Below, one piece after another: positions 61,234 to 64,000 of a stretch of 64,000 nt of DNA (positions are counted from its first letter, which is position 1; each line of letters starts with the position of its first letter). This stretch comes from the human T2T-CHM13v2.0 reference genome, Homo sapiens. The position numbers and the translations under genes are program-made. The DNA lies in assembly GCF_009914755.1 (NCBI RefSeq), contig NC_060936.1. The stretch is one strand, 5' to 3'. The notes under the pieces are model-generated. The model was given only the letters and a program-made list of their open reading frames with translations, did no database searches and was not told where the DNA came from.

Positions 61234-61615
61234 TGTGTGTCTGGATCCTCTGAGAAGCAGTCACCAAGATGGAATGCAACTGGCAAATGATTATTGGAGG
61301 AAATACTTATGAAGCATAAAATGAAAACAGACAGGAGTAAGCAGACAGAGTCTTCAGGTTGTGATGCAAGTCTGACAACTGGGAAAGGAGAGAGGGAAAG
61401 AAGGACTGGATAGGAGAATGTAGCTCGGAGAAAGTCTCAGCCAGATCACTCAAGGTACCAGAATAAAGATTGTCCCGTCCAGACAGGGTGGTCTCAGCCT
61501 GAGTGCTGTGGCATGTGTAAATGTTTAATGGCTGGAGGCTGTCAACCAGATATAATTTGCACAGCAAGTTTTCTCGAAGGAGATCTGAGGAGCCCATCTC
61601 CGCAGTAGCCATACT
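61234..61615 (-). mobile_element. LTR16-family 5' LTR of the ERVL relic
   Basis: 'ctctgagaagcag...caagatgg', 'gatgcaagtctgacaactgggaaaggagagagggaaagaaggactggatagg'; abuts the PBS. Confidence 0.7.
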
Positions 61616-61939
61616 AACCCACCTCCTACCCAGGCCCAGGCAGTGCTAATTAACCAGAGGCCCGCTACAGGGGCAGACCCATAGCCACTGAGCTTATTGG
61701 CCAAGAAAATATCAGCGTTCATGCTCTCTGCAGGTAAGTAGATCCCAGAAGTAGGAAAGGACAGGCTGAGCAACACATGTCTAAGTCCCGATCCTCAAAT
61801 TTACCAATCAGATAATTCACTTAGGGAAATGAAGAGAAGTCAGGATTGTTCTCCAAACAGAGCTCTCTTTACATGGAAAAAAATGTTAGAAGAGGAAAAT
61901 AATGTCCTATTCTATCAGATTATTGGAAAAAATTTTAGT

Positions 61940-63250
61940 AGATATTAGATATTGCCAGATTGCTTTCCAAAAAAGTTAAAGCATTTTACACATCCACCAG
62001 CAATGCTGAGAGGATCTTCTTCTCCTATGTCCATACAGCATTAGGCATTATCACTCTTTTTGATTTCTGCCATTCTGAATACTTCATTTTTATTTAACCT
62101 ACATTTGCTTAACTACTGGGAAAATAGAACATTGCTATGATTTGAATGTGAGTCATAAAGTTCATATGTTGGAAACCTAATTTCCAATGCAACAGAGTTG
62201 TAAGGTGGAGCCTTTAGGAGGTGATTAGGTCATGAGGGCTCTGCCCTCATTGACGAATTAATGCCATTATCACAAGAGTGAGTTCCTAATCAAAGGGAAA
62301 ATTCCACCCCCTTTTACTCTCTGTCTCTCTCTCTCCCCCTTTCTTTGCGATGCCTCCTTTTGCCACCGGAGGAAAGCCCTCACCAGGTGCTGGTGCCTTG
62401 ATCTTGGATTTCTCAGCCTCCAGAACAGCAGAACTGTGAGAAATAAATTTCTTTTCTTTATAGGTTATCCAGTCTCTTTTATTGTGGTTAGAGCAGCACA
62501 AAACAGACTAAGACAAATATCTTTTTGTATGGCGTTTGCTTTCACAGTTGTATGACCTGTCCATCCACAAGCTTGGTTTACTGACTTGTTTGGGTTTCTT
62601 TTGTTAATGTGTTTGTAGAAGTTGTGTATATATTATAGATACTAACCTCTTATTTACTATATGCATTGCAAATATTTTTAAAACAGTTTTTGGCCCATTT
62701 TTTGATATCTATTATCAGACAAAACAAGCTCTCATAAAGTCAAATATCTTTTCTTTTATAGTTTTTGGATTCCCCATCTTTGTCTTCATGATCTCCCTGT
62801 CGCCACATTTTCAATATAGTCTCCTAAATTTTATTCTAAGATTTTAACTAACTTATTTGTTCATTTACTATTTCATTCAACTGAAATTTATTTTTGTAGT
62901 ATTGTTTCTTGTTACAAAATAATACATGTTTCTTGTAGACAGTTTAGGAAACTTCAGATGCTGAACAAGAAAAAAATTTAAAATTAGTCTTAATTCCCCA
63001 CCTTCTTAATATGGAGCCCCTGTGAATGTCTCCAGCTATATCCTTCCAGGCTTTTCTTCTATGCATTGTACATTGTCTTACATTTTTAAAATTATATTAT
63101 AAATTCTGTTATATAGCCTGCTTTTGTCTAACAATACACTCAGAACAATTTTTCAAATGTACCCTCATTTGTTTAATCACACCTCTATTTTTGGACACTT
63201 ACATTGTTTTTCACTTTTTGCTATGATAGATAATGTGTCATGATGCTGCC
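61940..63250 (-). mobile_element. L1ME-type relics
   Basis: 'attgccagattgctttccaaaaa...ttacacatccaccagcaatg', 'atgcattgcaaatatttt'. Confidence 0.65.
62133..62515 (+). mobile_element. MSTC/MSTD-like solo LTR
   Basis: TGCTATGATTTGAATG...CAGACTAAGACA; TSD AA[C/T]AT. Confidence 0.88.
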
Positions 63251-64000
63251 TCTCATTTGTTCGACTATATTTTGCCCTGTGTTAAAGAGCTCACTCATTT
63301 TCAAATATGTTTTTTCAATTTTACTAGCATCTAAAATTACTTGTTTAAAAATCGGGTAAGGAGAGGGAAAGAAGGTCCTTTTTTTTTTTTTCTGGGTCAC
63401 TGTATTGAGCTATACCTAAATTAAATAGGGGACTTGGAACTATTTTTACAAAAAACTAAGTCTGTAGAATGCAATTGATAGGCCTAGACATTATGTTTCT
63501 AAAACGCATCATCTAGAAAAAGTTCAGAATTGAAGAATTCTGAAGTTAAAAAACATAAGCAATAAACATAGCATGAGGAAAATCACCAGGCGGAAGTATC
63601 AGAAAATCCTAAAGCACCAGCAGTCAGATAAAGGATTAACAGGGTAACAATGCCAGTTCTCTTAATACCACCACCGCCTACACACCAAGAAGCCACTCCT
63701 AGTTCTTTTGGAAAGAGACAGATATAAATCAATAAATCATTCCATTTCAGGACTTTACTAGAATTTCAAGACAAATAACTGAGAGGCAGAAATACTAAGA
63801 ATCTGGGAAGGAAGGAAAAAGAAACAAACAAACCATGAGTAAAGAGCCTATTTTTTATTAAAGTATAATTTAAAAATAAATATGAATATTCAAAAAATAA
63901 TCTACATGAAGCAAAAGTATCTACACTCATCTGCTATGAAACCTATTTCTAGTTGACTTTAAAATTCATTGTGATTTTAGAGTTTCTCTGCCCTTGCTCT

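Overview
Primate (almost certainly human or great-ape) AT-rich, repeat-dense non-coding DNA, intergenic or deep intronic; I cannot place the locus. I found no convincing protein-coding gene, RNA gene or CpG island. Nearly all supplied ORFs come from L1, Alu, MaLR, ERVL or microsatellites, and the few in unique sequence match no protein I recognise. Two deeply nested TE complexes dominate. (1) 20483-26046: a two-LTR MSTC/MSTD-like MaLR provirus containing a complete MSTA provirus, a truncated L1PA with a probable 16-nt 3' transduction, and a ~110-bp templated copy of DNA from just outside the provirus. (2) 33265-40754: an MLT2B LTR, itself inside an old L1M, containing a near-full-length L1PB1 that holds an AluS and an L1PA and lacks its RT core. 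Also present: about a dozen Alus (most with readable TSDs), four 5'-truncated L1PA copies, DNA transposons (Tigger1, Tigger3a, MER53, MER102, MER1B, MER20, MER96), MER21/MER74/MLT1/MST LTRs, an ERVL (LTR16-type) relic, L2/MIR relics and a 540-bp (CCAT)n tract. I found no evidence of a novel biological system. The best second-look signals are fossil DNA-repair and retrotransposition events plus weak regulatory and splice candidates. Subfamily names come from recalled consensus sequences, not from a search.
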